This document shows, in pieces, positions 45,502-56,279 of a stretch of DNA of 64,000 bases. This DNA is from Patescibacteria group bacterium. Its GTDB lineage: Bacteria; Patescibacteriota; Minisyncoccia; UBA6257; GWB1-50-10. The stretch's first letter is position 1, and each line of letters begins with the position of its first letter. The DNA lies in assembly GCA_024239035.1 (NCBI GenBank), contig JANBVK010000001.1:423062-487061 (forward strand), given 5' to 3'. The notes beneath the pieces were generated by a model. The model was not told where the DNA came from and searched no databases. It was given only the letters and a program-made list of their open reading frames with translations. The position numbers and the translations under genes were made by a program.

Positions 45502-47691
45502 TTACCAATTCTCCACCATTAGTAAGGACTTATTTTTAAGAGGGAGTTTTTGATAAATTTCTTCGGTTATAAAAGGCATGAAGGGATGCAGGAGTTTAAG
45601 GCAATTAATTGAGAGATAAGCAAGAGTATCTCTGGTTTTATCGTCATCTCTATTTTTAGTTTCCTCGATATATTTGTCTGCAAAATTATGCCAGACAAAA
45701 TCGTATAGAGCGCGTGCAGCCTCTCCAAAATTATATTTCTCAATATTATCTCTAACGTTTATAGCCATCTCCTCCATCTCGGTTATTATTTTCTGGTCTA
45801 GCTTTTTAATGTCTTCAGGGTTTTCAGGTAGTTTCATTGTATGTCCTTCGTGTTTCATTACTATATAGCGATTAATATTCCAAATTTTATTGGCAAATTT
45901 CTTACCCATTAGCATTACCTCCTCGTTGAAATGTACGTCCTGTAAACCAGTAGTAAGATAAGAAAGTCCAAAACGGAGCGCATCCGTACCATATTTATCA
46001 ATTAGCACTAAGGGATCGATCCCGGTACCAAGGGACTTTGACATTCGTTTTCCGTCTTTTGTGAGAACGGTTGCGTGAATAAATAAGTCTTTAAAAGGAG
46101 CTTTTCCGGTAAAGAATTTACCAGAGAAAACCATTCTTACTTGCCAGAGAAAGAGAATGCCTCTGTCGGATGTAATAAAGTTTGTGGGATAGAATTCTTT
46201 GAGGTCTTTTGAGTCTTTATCAGGCCAACCCAATACTGCAAAAGGCCATAGAGCTGAAGAGAACCAGGTATCTAATACATCTTCCGATTGTATAAATTTA
46301 GCATCGCAATATTCACATTTAGGCTCTTTTTCGGCAGATATTTTAATTTCTTCGCATTTCTCTATATCTTTTTCGCGTCCTGGTTTGGGGACGCATTTGC
46401 TCTCGTGGATCCATACGGGCAATCGGTGCCCCCACCAAAGTTGTCTTGAGATATTCCAATCACGAATATTTAGAAGCCAGTTACGATACGGTTTTTCCCA
46501 GCGATTAGGGTGCAGATTGATTTCTTTTTTATCCAAAGCTTCGAGCGCAAGTTTAGCTAACTCATTCATTTTCAGAAACCATTGTTTAGAGGGTATGGGT
46601 TCAACAACTGAGTTACATCTATCGCAGCGTCCTATATTGTGTTCGTAATCTTCTATCTTATCCATTAAACCTGTTTTTTGCAGATCTTTCACAATTTGTT
46701 CGCGCGCCTGGTTTACTTTTAAGTCTTCGTACCGTGGACCGGCTTTTTTAGTCATTTTTCCTCTCTCATCTATGATTTTAATAGAAGGAAGTTTGTGTCT
46801 TTTGCCGATTTCTGAGTCGGTTATGTCGTGGGCCGGTGTAACCTTAATAATGCCCGTTCCAAATTTAGGATCTACTGAATTATCACCGACAACTTTCAAT
46901 TTAATTTTTTTAGTTTCTGGCGGCTGGTCTTTAGGGATTGAGCTGTCTATTGAATCAACTTCTAGGTCTCTGCCGATATATTTTTTATATCGTTTATCAT
47001 CGGGATGGACGGCAAGAGCCGTGTCGCCGAGTTTTGTTTCGGGTCGGGCAGTGGCAAGAGTAAACGGTCCGTATTTGATATAGTAGAGTTTTGTTTTTTC
47101 ATGGACGTAATTTACTTCCAAGTTAGAGATGGACGTTGAACAGCGGATGCACCAATTAATGACTCGCTCTCCCCGATAAATCCACCCTTTTTTGTAGTAT
47201 CGTATAAACGCCTCTTCAACCGCTCTCTGATACTCTATATCCATCGTGTAGCGCGAACGTGTCCAGTCAGCTGAAATGCCTAATTTTTTAAACTGGTTCA
47301 GTATAATGTTGCCGTACTGTTCTTTCCATTGCTCAACACGTTCGACGAATTTCTTACGTCCCAGTTTGTGTCGATTTGTGTTCTCTTTGGCGAGTTGGCT
47401 CTCAACTTTGTTTTGGGCAGCTATTCCTGCGTGATCTATGCCGGGGATCCATAGCGTTTTGTATCCCTGCATCCGTTTCATTCTTATGAGGATATCCTGC
47501 AGGGTTAATTCAAGAGCATGACCCAAATGCAGTTCACCGGTGATATTCGGCGGGGCAATGGCGGTAACGAATTTGTTTTTACCATCAGGTAATTTTTCGG
47601 GCGTGAAATAGCCGGAATTTTCCCAAAGTTTATATATTTTTTCTTCAGTTTTTTGGGGATCGTAAGTTTTATCAAGCGTTTCTCTCATCAC
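45502..47691 (-). CDS. valS: Valine--tRNA ligase (no C-terminal coiled-coil arm)
   Basis: PPNITGELHLGH, DHAGIA, WNISRQLWWGHR, DVLDTWFSS and RMSKS motifs. Confidence 0.97.
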   Translation of the reverse strand: MMRETLDKTYDPQKTEEKIYKLWENSGYFTPEKLPDGKNKFVTAIAPPNITGELHLGHALELTLQDILIRMKRMQGYKTLWIPGIDHAGIAAQNKVESQLAKENTNRHKLGRKKFVERVEQWKEQYGNIILNQFKKLGISADWTRSRYTMDIEYQRAVEEAFIRYYKKGWIYRGERVINWCIRCSTSISNLEVNYVHEKTKLYYIKYGPFTLATARPETKLGDTALAVHPDDKRYKKYIGRDLEVDSIDSSIPKDQPPETKKIKLKVVGDNSVDPKFGTGIIKVTPAHDITDSEIGKRHKLPSIKIIDERGKMTKKAGPRYEDLKVNQAREQIVKDLQKTGLMDKIEDYEHNIGRCDRCNSVVEPIPSKQWFLKMNELAKLALEALDKKEINLHPNRWEKPYRNWLLNIRDWNISRQLWWGHRLPVWIHESKCVPKPGREKDIEKCEEIKISAEKEPKCEYCDAKFIQSEDVLDTWFSSALWPFAVLGWPDKDSKDLKEFYPTNFITSDRGILFLWQVRMVFSGKFFTGKAPFKDLFIHATVLTKDGKRMSKSLGTGIDPLVLIDKYGTDALRFGLSYLTTGLQDVHFNEEVMLMGKKFANKIWNINRYIVMKHEGHTMKLPENPEDIKKLDQKIITEMEEMAINVRDNIEKYNFGEAARALYDFVWHNFADKYIEETKNRDDDKTRDTLAYLSINCLKLLHPFMPFITEEIYQKLPLKNKSLLMVENW

Positions 47692-47706
47692 ATTACTTCA
47701 TGTTAA

Positions 47707-48711
47707 TTATAGAGTAAGATTTGCCTGGGCGCGAAGCGCATGCTTACCTCCTCTTAAGTGGCTGATATATGCCGCAACTGCTATCATTGCTGCATTGTCA
47801 GTGTTGAATTTCGTTGGTGCGACAAAAAAACTAGCTTTTAGCTTGGAGCTTTTAATTTTTAGTTTACGACGCAGAATCTTATTTGCGGCAACACCGCCGG
47901 AGAGCATGATAGATTTCGCTCTGAATTCTTTTGCCGCTCGGACGGTTTTTTCAACTAGAACGTCGATCGCAGCTTGTTGAAAACTCGCGGCAATGTCAGC
48001 TCTACGCACTCTTTTATGGTCGCGGAGATAGTAAAGAACGGAGGTTTTGAGTCCCGAGAAGCTAAAGTCATAATTTTTGGTGTGCATCATAGGTCGTGGA
48101 AAGTCGACGGCGTTCTCATCTCCCTTCGTGGCTAGCTTTTCAATCTCAGGCCCACCCGGATAAGGAAGCCGGATCATTCGCGCGACCTTATCGAATACTT
48201 CTCCGACTGCATCATCTCTGGTTTCGCCAAGTTTTTTCCAGCTTGTTAGGGATTTCATAAGAAGGAGGGTAGTGTGACCACCGCTTACAATAAGTGCCAC
48301 TGCTGGAAATAAATTTTTAGACTTTGGCGCGAGAAGAAAACTGTAGAGATGTCCCTCTAGGTGGTTTACGCCTATCAATCTCGCTTTCGGGAAGTGCTCT
48401 TTATGGATTTTTTTTGCGAAGTTAATGCCGGTCCAGAGAGCTGGTTCAAGTCCAGGACCTATCGTCACCGCTAGTAAGTTAAGCTTTAGTTTCTTATTCC
48501 CTAAAAGTCTTTTGAAGATGGTTGGTAGATTTTTAATGTGTTCGCGTTTGGCGAGGTTAGGTACGATACCACCCCACGGTCGGTGGATTTCAACTTGGGA
48601 TGAGATAATATTTTTAGTTACCTTGAACCTAGGTGCTCTTAATCCGCCACTTGCCTCTGCGAGTGCGATCGCTGTTTCATCGCACGAGGTTTCAATTGCT
48701 AAGATCTTCAT
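47707..48711 (-). CDS. tsaD: tRNA t6A modification protein TsaD
   Basis: IETSCDET, HLEGH, VSGGHT, DDAVGE and TDNAAMIA motifs. Confidence 0.97.
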   Translation of the reverse strand: MKILAIETSCDETAIALAEASGGLRAPRFKVTKNIISSQVEIHRPWGGIVPNLAKREHIKNLPTIFKRLLGNKKLKLNLLAVTIGPGLEPALWTGINFAKKIHKEHFPKARLIGVNHLEGHLYSFLLAPKSKNLFPAVALIVSGGHTTLLLMKSLTSWKKLGETRDDAVGEVFDKVARMIRLPYPGGPEIEKLATKGDENAVDFPRPMMHTKNYDFSFSGLKTSVLYYLRDHKRVRRADIAASFQQAAIDVLVEKTVRAAKEFRAKSIMLSGGVAANKILRRKLKIKSSKLKASFFVAPTKFNTDNAAMIAVAAYISHLRGGKHALRAQANLTL

Positions 48712-48776
48712 TGTTGTTATAATAGTGTATACTTGGTAGTCTTCAAAAGGTTAACTATTTGGTAATTAGAAATTCT

Positions 48777-49181
48777 ATGATACAACCTTTATTGGTATTT
48801 AGCGATTGGGGGATTTTTATTTTAAGAGTTGTTTTGGGGCTTATTATGGTGGCGTATGGTTTACCGAAGATAAAAAACCTGAAGAGAACCGCTAAGAGCT
48901 TTGCGGGTATGGGATTTAAACCGGGAAAGTTTTGGGGTACGACCGTTGCTATCTTAGAGTTTATTGGCGGAATCGGTTTAATTATTGGTTTTCTTACACA
49001 ACTTATTGCATTACTTATTGCTATCGAGTTCATCGTAATTATCCTAAAGCTCAAACAAGGCCAGAAGTTTGCCGGTGGCTATGATTTTGATCTTTTGATT
49101 GTAGCTGCGGCACTTCTCATTACTACATTAGGAAGTGGAGCCTTAAGTCTTGAAGGGTCTTTGGGAATATTTCTATACTAG
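48777..49181 (+). CDS. DoxX family membrane protein
   Basis: LRVVLG..YGLPK, EFIGG and GSGALSLE motifs. Confidence 0.9.
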   Translation: MIQPLLVFSDWGIFILRVVLGLIMVAYGLPKIKNLKRTAKSFAGMGFKPGKFWGTTVAILEFIGGIGLIIGFLTQLIALLIAIEFIVIILKLKQGQKFAGGYDFDLLIVAAALLITTLGSGALSLEGSLGIFLY

Positions 49182-49227
49182 ATTACTAATCTTTATTGTT
49201 TTTCTGGTAGATTAGCACACCTTGGAT

Positions 49228-49773
49228 ATGAAAGAGTATCTTACAGAAGCTGTCGTTTTAAATGTTAAGCCGTATAAAGAAACAGACCGGCTAGTTGATC
49301 TTTATACGAAAGATTTTGGTCGCGTTGTTGCGAAAGTAACAGGCGGCCGCAGAGCAACATCAAAGCTTTCTCCTCACCTCGATACAATGAGTTTGGTTGA
49401 AACACGTTTAATTCAAAAAAACCGGTTTACCGTTGCTGATGTGATGGTCAAAGAAAGGTTTAGGTTTTTAAGAGAGGACCTTAGGAAAAATTCTTCTGCT
49501 CTAAAACTTATGTTTTTACTCAGATCGCTTGTGCCCGAGCTGACGCCAGATTTACAATTTTGGCATCATTTAATCCGTAGTCTCAAACAAGGAAAGGTCA
49601 GCACGAGGACTTTTTTGGAACTTTTGGGTTATAATCCTTTGCTTGCAAGTTGTGAAAGTTGTTATGCTAGAGAAATTAGCCACTTTTCTTTGGTGGATCA
49701 GTCTTTTTTATGCCGGCAATGTTCTTTAAAGTTCCGCACAAGCTTAGGTAGTAAGTTGTTTTACGTAAATTAA
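49228..49773 (+). CDS. recO: DNA repair protein RecO
   Basis: ETDRLVDLYTKDFG OB-fold and C-terminal CxxC...CxxC. Confidence 0.85.
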   Translation: MKEYLTEAVVLNVKPYKETDRLVDLYTKDFGRVVAKVTGGRRATSKLSPHLDTMSLVETRLIQKNRFTVADVMVKERFRFLREDLRKNSSALKLMFLLRSLVPELTPDLQFWHHLIRSLKQGKVSTRTFLELLGYNPLLASCESCYAREISHFSLVDQSFLCRQCSLKFRTSLGSKLFYVN

Positions 49774-49790
49774 CGAGAGTAGTAGTTGGT

Positions 49791-51608
49791 ATGCCCAGAG
49801 GAGAAACTAGAGATAAAACCCATAGTAGGAAACCTAAAAAAAGCAGATCAAGGCCATCGGCTAAGGCTCTGCGTTTTGTGACACCTCAGTGGACCAAAAG
49901 GCTTTTATGGATAGTTGTTACTATTCTTATTCTTGTTGTTCTAGGAACTGCAATCTTCTTTGTTTCTTATTACAGAAGCAGTTCAATTGGTGTTGTTATT
50001 GAAGTTAATGCTCCGGATAAGATTTATCGCGGCGTCCCATTTGAGGTTGATGTCAGTATAGATAATCAAACTGATAATATTATTACTCAAGCAGAACTTA
50101 CTCTGAGTCCCACCAATGGTATCGTGAACCTAAGAGGTTTTAATGGTCGGGGGATAATAAGCGATTCTATTGGGGATATGGGTAGTGGCAGCTTGACTAG
50201 AAAAACATATAGATTTTTAGCAACGGGAGAGATCGGTTCTTCTGGAGAGATCGCTTTTAGTTTGTCTTATTTTTCAGCCGGCAGAACCCGCTTTGAAGTT
50301 AATGAAGTTAAAAAGGTTAACGTCAGCGACTTAGCCATTGAGATTGAGGTTGAAAAACCTGATCAGATTTTGCCTGGCTCCACTTTCGAATTGGATATTG
50401 GTTATCAAAATGTTTCTAATTTCGATTTCTCTGAAGCAGTCTTGGAGGTGAAGTACCCATCACCGTTTAAGTTTATTTCCTCGAGCTTGACTCCGGATTC
50501 ACTGAATAATTATTGGCGGCTGGGAGAACTTAGAAGTGGCTCGAGTGGTAATATTCAGGTTAGGGGGACTCTCGAAGGCGCCGCAGGGTCTCCATTTGTC
50601 ATACCGATAGTTTTCTCAGCTAAATTCTTGGGTCAGGACTACCCCGTAGTTGAACAAGAAGTGGAACTGGCCATTGCTCCTTCACCGATCAACGTCCAAA
50701 CCTTTATTAACCGTCGAACCGATTACGTAGCGAGAATCGGTGATCAGTTGACTTACACTATTTTGTATGAGAACTCGAGTGGGATTGCTTTAGCTGACGT
50801 CGTGATAAAAACTGAGCTTATCGGTGAATTGTTTGATTTTACGACTCTGGAGGTCAACGCTGATACCAATTTGTCGGCCCGCACCGTTACCTGGGACGTT
50901 TCTAAAATTCCAGCCTTAAGGTTGCTTGATCCGGGCGCATCGGGGGAGGTTAGTTTAAGAGTTAAGCTGAAAAATCAATTTCCAATTAATCGCCTAAACG
51001 ATAAGAATTTTAATCTCCGTTTTAGCACTAAGATTAGTTCGCCATCCGTGCCGTATTATCTCCAAGCTCCCAAAACGGAAGCCATTGCCAGTCTTGAGGC
51101 CAAAGTTGCCGGATTGATTTTGGTTGATGTAAGAGGGTTTTACCGGGATGCTCTATCCGGCATATTAAACAGCGGTCTTATCCCGCCGAAAGTTAATCTA
51201 CCAACCCAGTACACGGTTCATTGGGTTATTCGTAATTACTCTACGGACGTTAAAGATGTTTCTTTGCGTACCGTACTTCCATTAGGCGTTAGATGGACGG
51301 GTATAGTAAAGAGCAATATAGACTCTGTCCCTTTGTATAATGAAGAGACTCGCGAAATTATCTGGGCTATTGAAACGATTAGAGCAACTAAGGGAGTTCT
51401 AGACGATCCAATCGAGACAGTCTTTCAGGTTGAAGCTACGCCTAGCGTCACGGACATTGGCAAATTTCAGCAGCTTACAAACGAAACTACCTTAAGGGCA
51501 GTCGATGAATTTACCGGTCTGGAATTGTTTAGCTCAGACGTTGCTCTAAATACATCTTTACCTGATGATATAACCATAGGTCAAAACGGGGGACGGATCG
51601 TACCATGA
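49791..51608 (+). CDS. Membrane-anchored protein with repeated Ig-like (DUF11-like) domains
   Basis: One TM then beta-rich repeats (GDQLTYTILYEN; WRLGEL; LDPGASGEV). Confidence 0.7.
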   Translation: MPRGETRDKTHSRKPKKSRSRPSAKALRFVTPQWTKRLLWIVVTILILVVLGTAIFFVSYYRSSSIGVVIEVNAPDKIYRGVPFEVDVSIDNQTDNIITQAELTLSPTNGIVNLRGFNGRGIISDSIGDMGSGSLTRKTYRFLATGEIGSSGEIAFSLSYFSAGRTRFEVNEVKKVNVSDLAIEIEVEKPDQILPGSTFELDIGYQNVSNFDFSEAVLEVKYPSPFKFISSSLTPDSLNNYWRLGELRSGSSGNIQVRGTLEGAAGSPFVIPIVFSAKFLGQDYPVVEQEVELAIAPSPINVQTFINRRTDYVARIGDQLTYTILYENSSGIALADVVIKTELIGELFDFTTLEVNADTNLSARTVTWDVSKIPALRLLDPGASGEVSLRVKLKNQFPINRLNDKNFNLRFSTKISSPSVPYYLQAPKTEAIASLEAKVAGLILVDVRGFYRDALSGILNSGLIPPKVNLPTQYTVHWVIRNYSTDVKDVSLRTVLPLGVRWTGIVKSNIDSVPLYNEETREIIWAIETIRATKGVLDDPIETVFQVEATPSVTDIGKFQQLTNETTLRAVDEFTGLELFSSDVALNTSLPDDITIGQNGGRIVP

Positions 51609-52921
51609 ACAACATTTTTGAGAAAATAACATCTTTAGCCAAGCGACGGGGTTTTATCTACCCCGGTTCTGAAATTTATGGTGGGCTAGCTGGTACATGG
51701 GATTACGGACCGCTCGGTGTAGAACTTAAACGAAATATTAAGGAACAATTTTGGAACACTATGGTCTATGCCCGAGATGATGTGGTTGGAGTTGATGCGG
51801 CAATTTTAATGAATCCCAAGGTTTGGGAGGCCTCAGGTCACCTAAAAGCTTTTTCTGATCCTTTAGTTGAGTGTAAGTCATGCCATAAACGGTTCCGATT
51901 AGATGAAATTGGTCTAGAAGCTAAAGGGTGTCCAGAATGCAGTGGTGAGTTTACTAAACCTAAGGCCTTTAACCTTATGATGGAGACGCATCTTGGTGCG
52001 GTTGAGGGAGAGAAACAGAAAACTTACCTCCGCGGCGAGATTACCCAAGGCGCGCATGTAAATTTTAAAAACATTCTCGCTTCAAACCGGGTAAAAATTC
52101 CCTTCGGTGTTGCCCAGATTGGGAAAGCGTTTCGGAATGAAATCACGCCGGGTAACTTTACGTTTCGTTCTCGTGAATTTGAGCAGATGGAGTTGCAGTT
52201 TTATATCAAACCCGACAAAAAGGAGGCGGAAAGGCAGATGAAATACTGGAAGGAAGAGCGTCTCAAGTGGTATGTTAGTCTCGGTATAAGTAAGAAAAAT
52301 CTGCGTTTTCGTGAACATGAGAGTGAGGAACGCGCCCACTACGCGAGAGAGGCGTGGGATGTGGAATATCAGGTATCAGATCAAGAATGGAAGGAACTTG
52401 AAGGCATTCATAACCGTGGCGACTGGGACCTGAGGCGCCATAGTGAATTTTCGGGTGAGGATTTATCGTATTTTGATGAGGAAGCCAACGAAAGATATAT
52501 CCCTTGGGTTATTGAGACCTCGGGCGGTGTGGACCGGGCAGTGATTTTCTTTTTAATGGACGCGTATGAAGAAGAGAAGCTTAAAGGAAACGATGAGCGG
52601 ATTATTCTAAAACTTCATCCAAAACTTGCACCATATAAAGTCGCCGTTTTCCCGCTTTTAGCCAATAAACCTGAGCTTGTAAAGCTTGCGCGCAAAATTT
52701 ATGAAGATTTAAGAAAAGAATTCACTGCTGTATGGGATGACAGGGGAAATATTGGTAAGCGTTACTACAGCCAAGACGAGATAGGTACGCCATACTGTAT
52801 CACGGTAGATTTTGATAGTTTAGAAAAGAAGGACGTTACCGTGCGTGACCGGGATTCAATGAAACAAAAAAGAATAGAAATTAGCAAACTAGGAAGTTAT
52901 TTACATGGAAAAATCCTTTAA
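51605..52921 (+). CDS. glyQS: Glycine--tRNA ligase, homodimeric type
   Basis: KRRGF, IYGG, GKAFRNEITP, REFEQME and anticodon domain IGKRY..QDEIGTP. Confidence 0.97.
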   Translation: MNNIFEKITSLAKRRGFIYPGSEIYGGLAGTWDYGPLGVELKRNIKEQFWNTMVYARDDVVGVDAAILMNPKVWEASGHLKAFSDPLVECKSCHKRFRLDEIGLEAKGCPECSGEFTKPKAFNLMMETHLGAVEGEKQKTYLRGEITQGAHVNFKNILASNRVKIPFGVAQIGKAFRNEITPGNFTFRSREFEQMELQFYIKPDKKEAERQMKYWKEERLKWYVSLGISKKNLRFREHESEERAHYAREAWDVEYQVSDQEWKELEGIHNRGDWDLRRHSEFSGEDLSYFDEEANERYIPWVIETSGGVDRAVIFFLMDAYEEEKLKGNDERIILKLHPKLAPYKVAVFPLLANKPELVKLARKIYEDLRKEFTAVWDDRGNIGKRYYSQDEIGTPYCITVDFDSLEKKDVTVRDRDSMKQKRIEISKLGSYLHGKIL

Positions 52922-54176
52922 GAAAATAAAACTTGATAACGGCTTGCGTGTGATTTTAGTGCCGAGACCCGCCAGTTTAGCAACAACCGTACTTGTGCTA
53001 GTTGAGACAGGTTCGACGTATGAAACTAAAAACATCAATGGACTCTCCCACTTTTTGGAACACATGTGTTTTAGGGGCACCAAACGGCGCCCGACAGAAC
53101 TTCAGATCAGCTCTGAACTTGACAGTTTGGGCGCAAGTTATAATGCCTTCACTAGTCAGGAGTACACTGGCTATTTTGCGAAAGTGCGGAATAAAAAGTT
53201 TGAGCAGGCGCTTGATATTGTTTCGGATGTGTATCTTAATCCTACTCTTGCTCCCGGAGAGATTAATAAGGAACGTGGCCCAATCATTGAGGAGATAAAT
53301 ATGTATGAGGATTTGCCGATGCGCCGTGTTCAAGATCTTTTTCTTGAGCTTGTCTACGGTGATCAACCGGCTGGGTGGAAGATCCTCGGCACAAAAGATA
53401 ATATCAGGAGTTTTACAAGAGAAGATTTTTTAAAGTACCGGCAAGAACACTACGTTGCAAAAGCCACAATCGTGGTCGTTGCTGGTGGATTTAACGAGAA
53501 AGGAATGGAAGAGAAAGTGAAGGATGCTTTCTCCGGCATACACGACGGTAAAAAAAGCTCAAAGGTTTCTGTTCAAGAAGAGCAACACAACTCTCGTTAC
53601 ACCGTATCACATAAAACATCTGACCAGACCCATCTCGTTATGGGGTTTCGGGCATTTGATGTTCACGATCCCCGTCGTTATGCTCTTGAGGTACTTGCTG
53701 ATATGCTTGGTGGCGGTATCAGTTCTCGGCTGTTCCAAAAGATTAGGGCCGAGCTGGGGGCGGCCTACTATGTAAATGCGAGCACTGATTTATATACAGA
53801 CCATGGATTGTTTGTGATGTCAGCAGGAATTGATCACAAAAAACTTGATTTAGTAGTGAACGCAACTCTTGAAGAGTTTGCAAAATTTAAAGAAGAGAAA
53901 GTCGGTAGCAAGGAACTTCAGAAAGTAAAAGACCATATGATTGGGCACTTATTCCTCTCACTTGAGACATCGGATGAACTAGGGTTGTTTTACGGTATTC
54001 AGGAAGTAATGGGTATGCCTTGCACTGCACCTCGGGAGCTTGCCAAGAAGATAGAATCAGTTACACCAGAAGAAGTGCAATCGGTTGCGCGAGATGTATA
54101 TACGAATAATCGATTAAATCTGGCAGTAGTCGGCCCTTTTAAAGAAAAATCCTTTAGTGATATACTAAAAATATAA
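52905..54176 (+). CDS. M16 family (pitrilysin-like) zinc peptidase
   Basis: HFLEH inverted zinc motif, NAFTS and SSRLFQKIR. Confidence 0.95.
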   Translation: MEKSFKKIKLDNGLRVILVPRPASLATTVLVLVETGSTYETKNINGLSHFLEHMCFRGTKRRPTELQISSELDSLGASYNAFTSQEYTGYFAKVRNKKFEQALDIVSDVYLNPTLAPGEINKERGPIIEEINMYEDLPMRRVQDLFLELVYGDQPAGWKILGTKDNIRSFTREDFLKYRQEHYVAKATIVVVAGGFNEKGMEEKVKDAFSGIHDGKKSSKVSVQEEQHNSRYTVSHKTSDQTHLVMGFRAFDVHDPRRYALEVLADMLGGGISSRLFQKIRAELGAAYYVNASTDLYTDHGLFVMSAGIDHKKLDLVVNATLEEFAKFKEEKVGSKELQKVKDHMIGHLFLSLETSDELGLFYGIQEVMGMPCTAPRELAKKIESVTPEEVQSVARDVYTNNRLNLAVVGPFKEKSFSDILKI

Positions 54177-55198
54177 TGGGAGAGTTTATTCGTTTTGAAA
54201 TTGGCTGGAAAACATTCTGGCAGATTCTTGTTTTTCTTGCATTTCTTCTTATTCTGTATCTTGCTCGCCAAGTAATGGGGGTTCTTTTAATTTCAATAGT
54301 TGTTTCCCTTGGTCTTGATCCAATAATTAGTTTTTTAGAGAAAAAAAAGATAAATCGTCTTTTAGGAACAATTGCAGTCTTTTTGGTGGGATTGTTGCTT
54401 TTGAGTACTGCTGTTTACTTTATTATCCCCATATTCATTCTTGAGGTTGGAGGATTTTTAGGTGATTTTAATAGAGTCGTCTCAGAAGTCTTCGGTTTTG
54501 GTTTACCTCAATCACTTATTCAAGATTTTAGTTTGTCGCTCGATAAAGCATTAGGTATTTTAACTGCGGCCAGCGTATCTATCGGGGGAGCAATCTCCGC
54601 CGTCTTTACGAGAATTATTTTGGTTTTAGCTACTGTTGTTATCTCGTTTTATTTATCAGTGCAAAAAGGAGGGACCGAAAAATTATTAAGAGTTATCTTA
54701 CCTGATGTGTATGAAAAGCCCGTACTCACAATTTTTAACCGCTTTAAAAAGAAAATACGACATTGGTTTGCCGCGCAGCTGGGCCTGAGCTTGGTAGTGG
54801 GAGTGGTAGTTAGTGTTGGTTTATGGTTGCTTGGCGTTCGTTATGCAATAGTCTTGGGAGTAATAGCTGCTATTTTGGAGTTGGTCCCCGTCATTGGACC
54901 GGTTGTCGCTGGGGCTATCGCGTCTTTGGTCGCATTTTCTGCTTCATTATCGCTAGGGCTTTATGTTTTGGGATTTTCTTTCCTTGTTCAACAATTAGAA
55001 AATCACGTTTTAATTCCGGTGCTTATGGGTAAAACCATGAATGTCCACCCGGTGATTGTTATCATCTCACTCTTGACTGGTGCTCAGGTTGCGGGTCTTG
55101 TAGGAGTAATTTTGGCTGTACCGATAGCTGTTGCAGCCCAAGAAATATTTAATTATTTAGCTGAGAGAAAAGACCATAAACCGGCATTGGGGATCTAA
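54176..55198 (+). CDS. AI-2E family transporter
   Basis: Multi-TM, VPVIGP, QQLENHVLIP and GVILAVP motifs. Confidence 0.92.
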   Translation: MGEFIRFEIGWKTFWQILVFLAFLLILYLARQVMGVLLISIVVSLGLDPIISFLEKKKINRLLGTIAVFLVGLLLLSTAVYFIIPIFILEVGGFLGDFNRVVSEVFGFGLPQSLIQDFSLSLDKALGILTAASVSIGGAISAVFTRIILVLATVVISFYLSVQKGGTEKLLRVILPDVYEKPVLTIFNRFKKKIRHWFAAQLGLSLVVGVVVSVGLWLLGVRYAIVLGVIAAILELVPVIGPVVAGAIASLVAFSASLSLGLYVLGFSFLVQQLENHVLIPVLMGKTMNVHPVIVIISLLTGAQVAGLVGVILAVPIAVAAQEIFNYLAERKDHKPALGI

Positions 55199-55214
55199 TT
55201 AAATTATAAGTACT

Positions 55215-56060
55215 GTGCTCAAGTTTTTTGACGCTCACACACACGTGCAGTTTGCAGCGTATGCTTCTGATTTCCAAGAAGTCATTGGGCGGGCATACGC
55301 CCACGGCGTTGGGATGGTAAATGTTGGTACCCAGAAAGATACTTCCCGCCGGGCGGTGGAGGTTGCACACAACTATGATGGTGTTTATGCCGCGGTGGGT
55401 CTGCACCCAATTCACACCGTGAAATCCTATCATGATGCACAGGAGTTAGGCGACAACTCCGATGCAAAGGGTTTTACGAGTCGCGGTGAGGACTTTGATT
55501 ATGATTACTATAAACAATTGGCCCTTGACTCAAAGGTGGTTGCGATTGGGGAATGTGGTTTTGACTTTTTTCGTCAGGAGCAGGGCGCGAATCGCGAAGC
55601 GCAGATTGAGCGGCAAAAGGAAGCGTTCATAAAACAAATTGAACTCTCACGTGAGGTTAAAAAACCTCTTATGATTCACTGCCGCGAGGCTTTTAGTGAT
55701 TTAATTAGCGTACTGAAAGCTAACCCCCATAACCTAAAACCTGGTATAATCCATTTTTTCAGCGGTACTAAAGAAGACGCTAAACAACTTCTGGACATGG
55801 GTTTTTATTTCACTTTCGGCGGCGTGATTACATTTACTCGTGATTACGACGATGTAATAAAAATAATCCCGCTTGACAGAATCTTATCGGAAACGGATGC
55901 TCCTTACGTGACTCCTGTCCCGCATCGCGGTAAGCGCAACGAACCGTTATATGTAATTGAAGTCGTTAAAAAGTTAGCCGAGATTAAAAATGTTTCTGAA
56001 GAAAAAATGAGAGTGCAAATTTTAAGAAACTCTGAACAGGTTTTTAATATTCAATTCTAA
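55215..56060 (+). CDS. tatD: TatD family hydrolase
   Basis: DAHTH, GLHP, IGECG, IHCR and ETDAPY motifs. Confidence 0.95.
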   Translation: MLKFFDAHTHVQFAAYASDFQEVIGRAYAHGVGMVNVGTQKDTSRRAVEVAHNYDGVYAAVGLHPIHTVKSYHDAQELGDNSDAKGFTSRGEDFDYDYYKQLALDSKVVAIGECGFDFFRQEQGANREAQIERQKEAFIKQIELSREVKKPLMIHCREAFSDLISVLKANPHNLKPGIIHFFSGTKEDAKQLLDMGFYFTFGGVITFTRDYDDVIKIIPLDRILSETDAPYVTPVPHRGKRNEPLYVIEVVKKLAEIKNVSEEKMRVQILRNSEQVFNIQF

Positions 56061-56076
56061 AATTACCTCAAAATGG

Positions 56077-56250
56077 TTATTTCTCCCAATCTTTGATTAC
56101 TATCTCTTTACCGCGTTCTTCTACCGTTACGTTTTGTCCTGCCTGCCAACGGAGTCGTCTTATGATATCAATAGGTAGGCTGACATAGTAGCTCCGCCTC
56201 ATCTTTTGAATTTTTCTGATATTTTCTTCTTCAACTCGTCTTCTGGTCAT
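56077..56250 (-). CDS. AbrB/MazE/SpoVT family DNA-binding protein
   Basis: RKIQKMRRSYYVSLPIDIIRRLRWQAGQNV swapped-hairpin pattern. Start placed at ATG 56250. Confidence 0.8.
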   Translation of the reverse strand: MTRRRVEEENIRKIQKMRRSYYVSLPIDIIRRLRWQAGQNVTVEERGKEIVIKDWEK

Positions 56251-56279
56251 ATTTTTCCCTGTTCCCTTAATTATATCAT

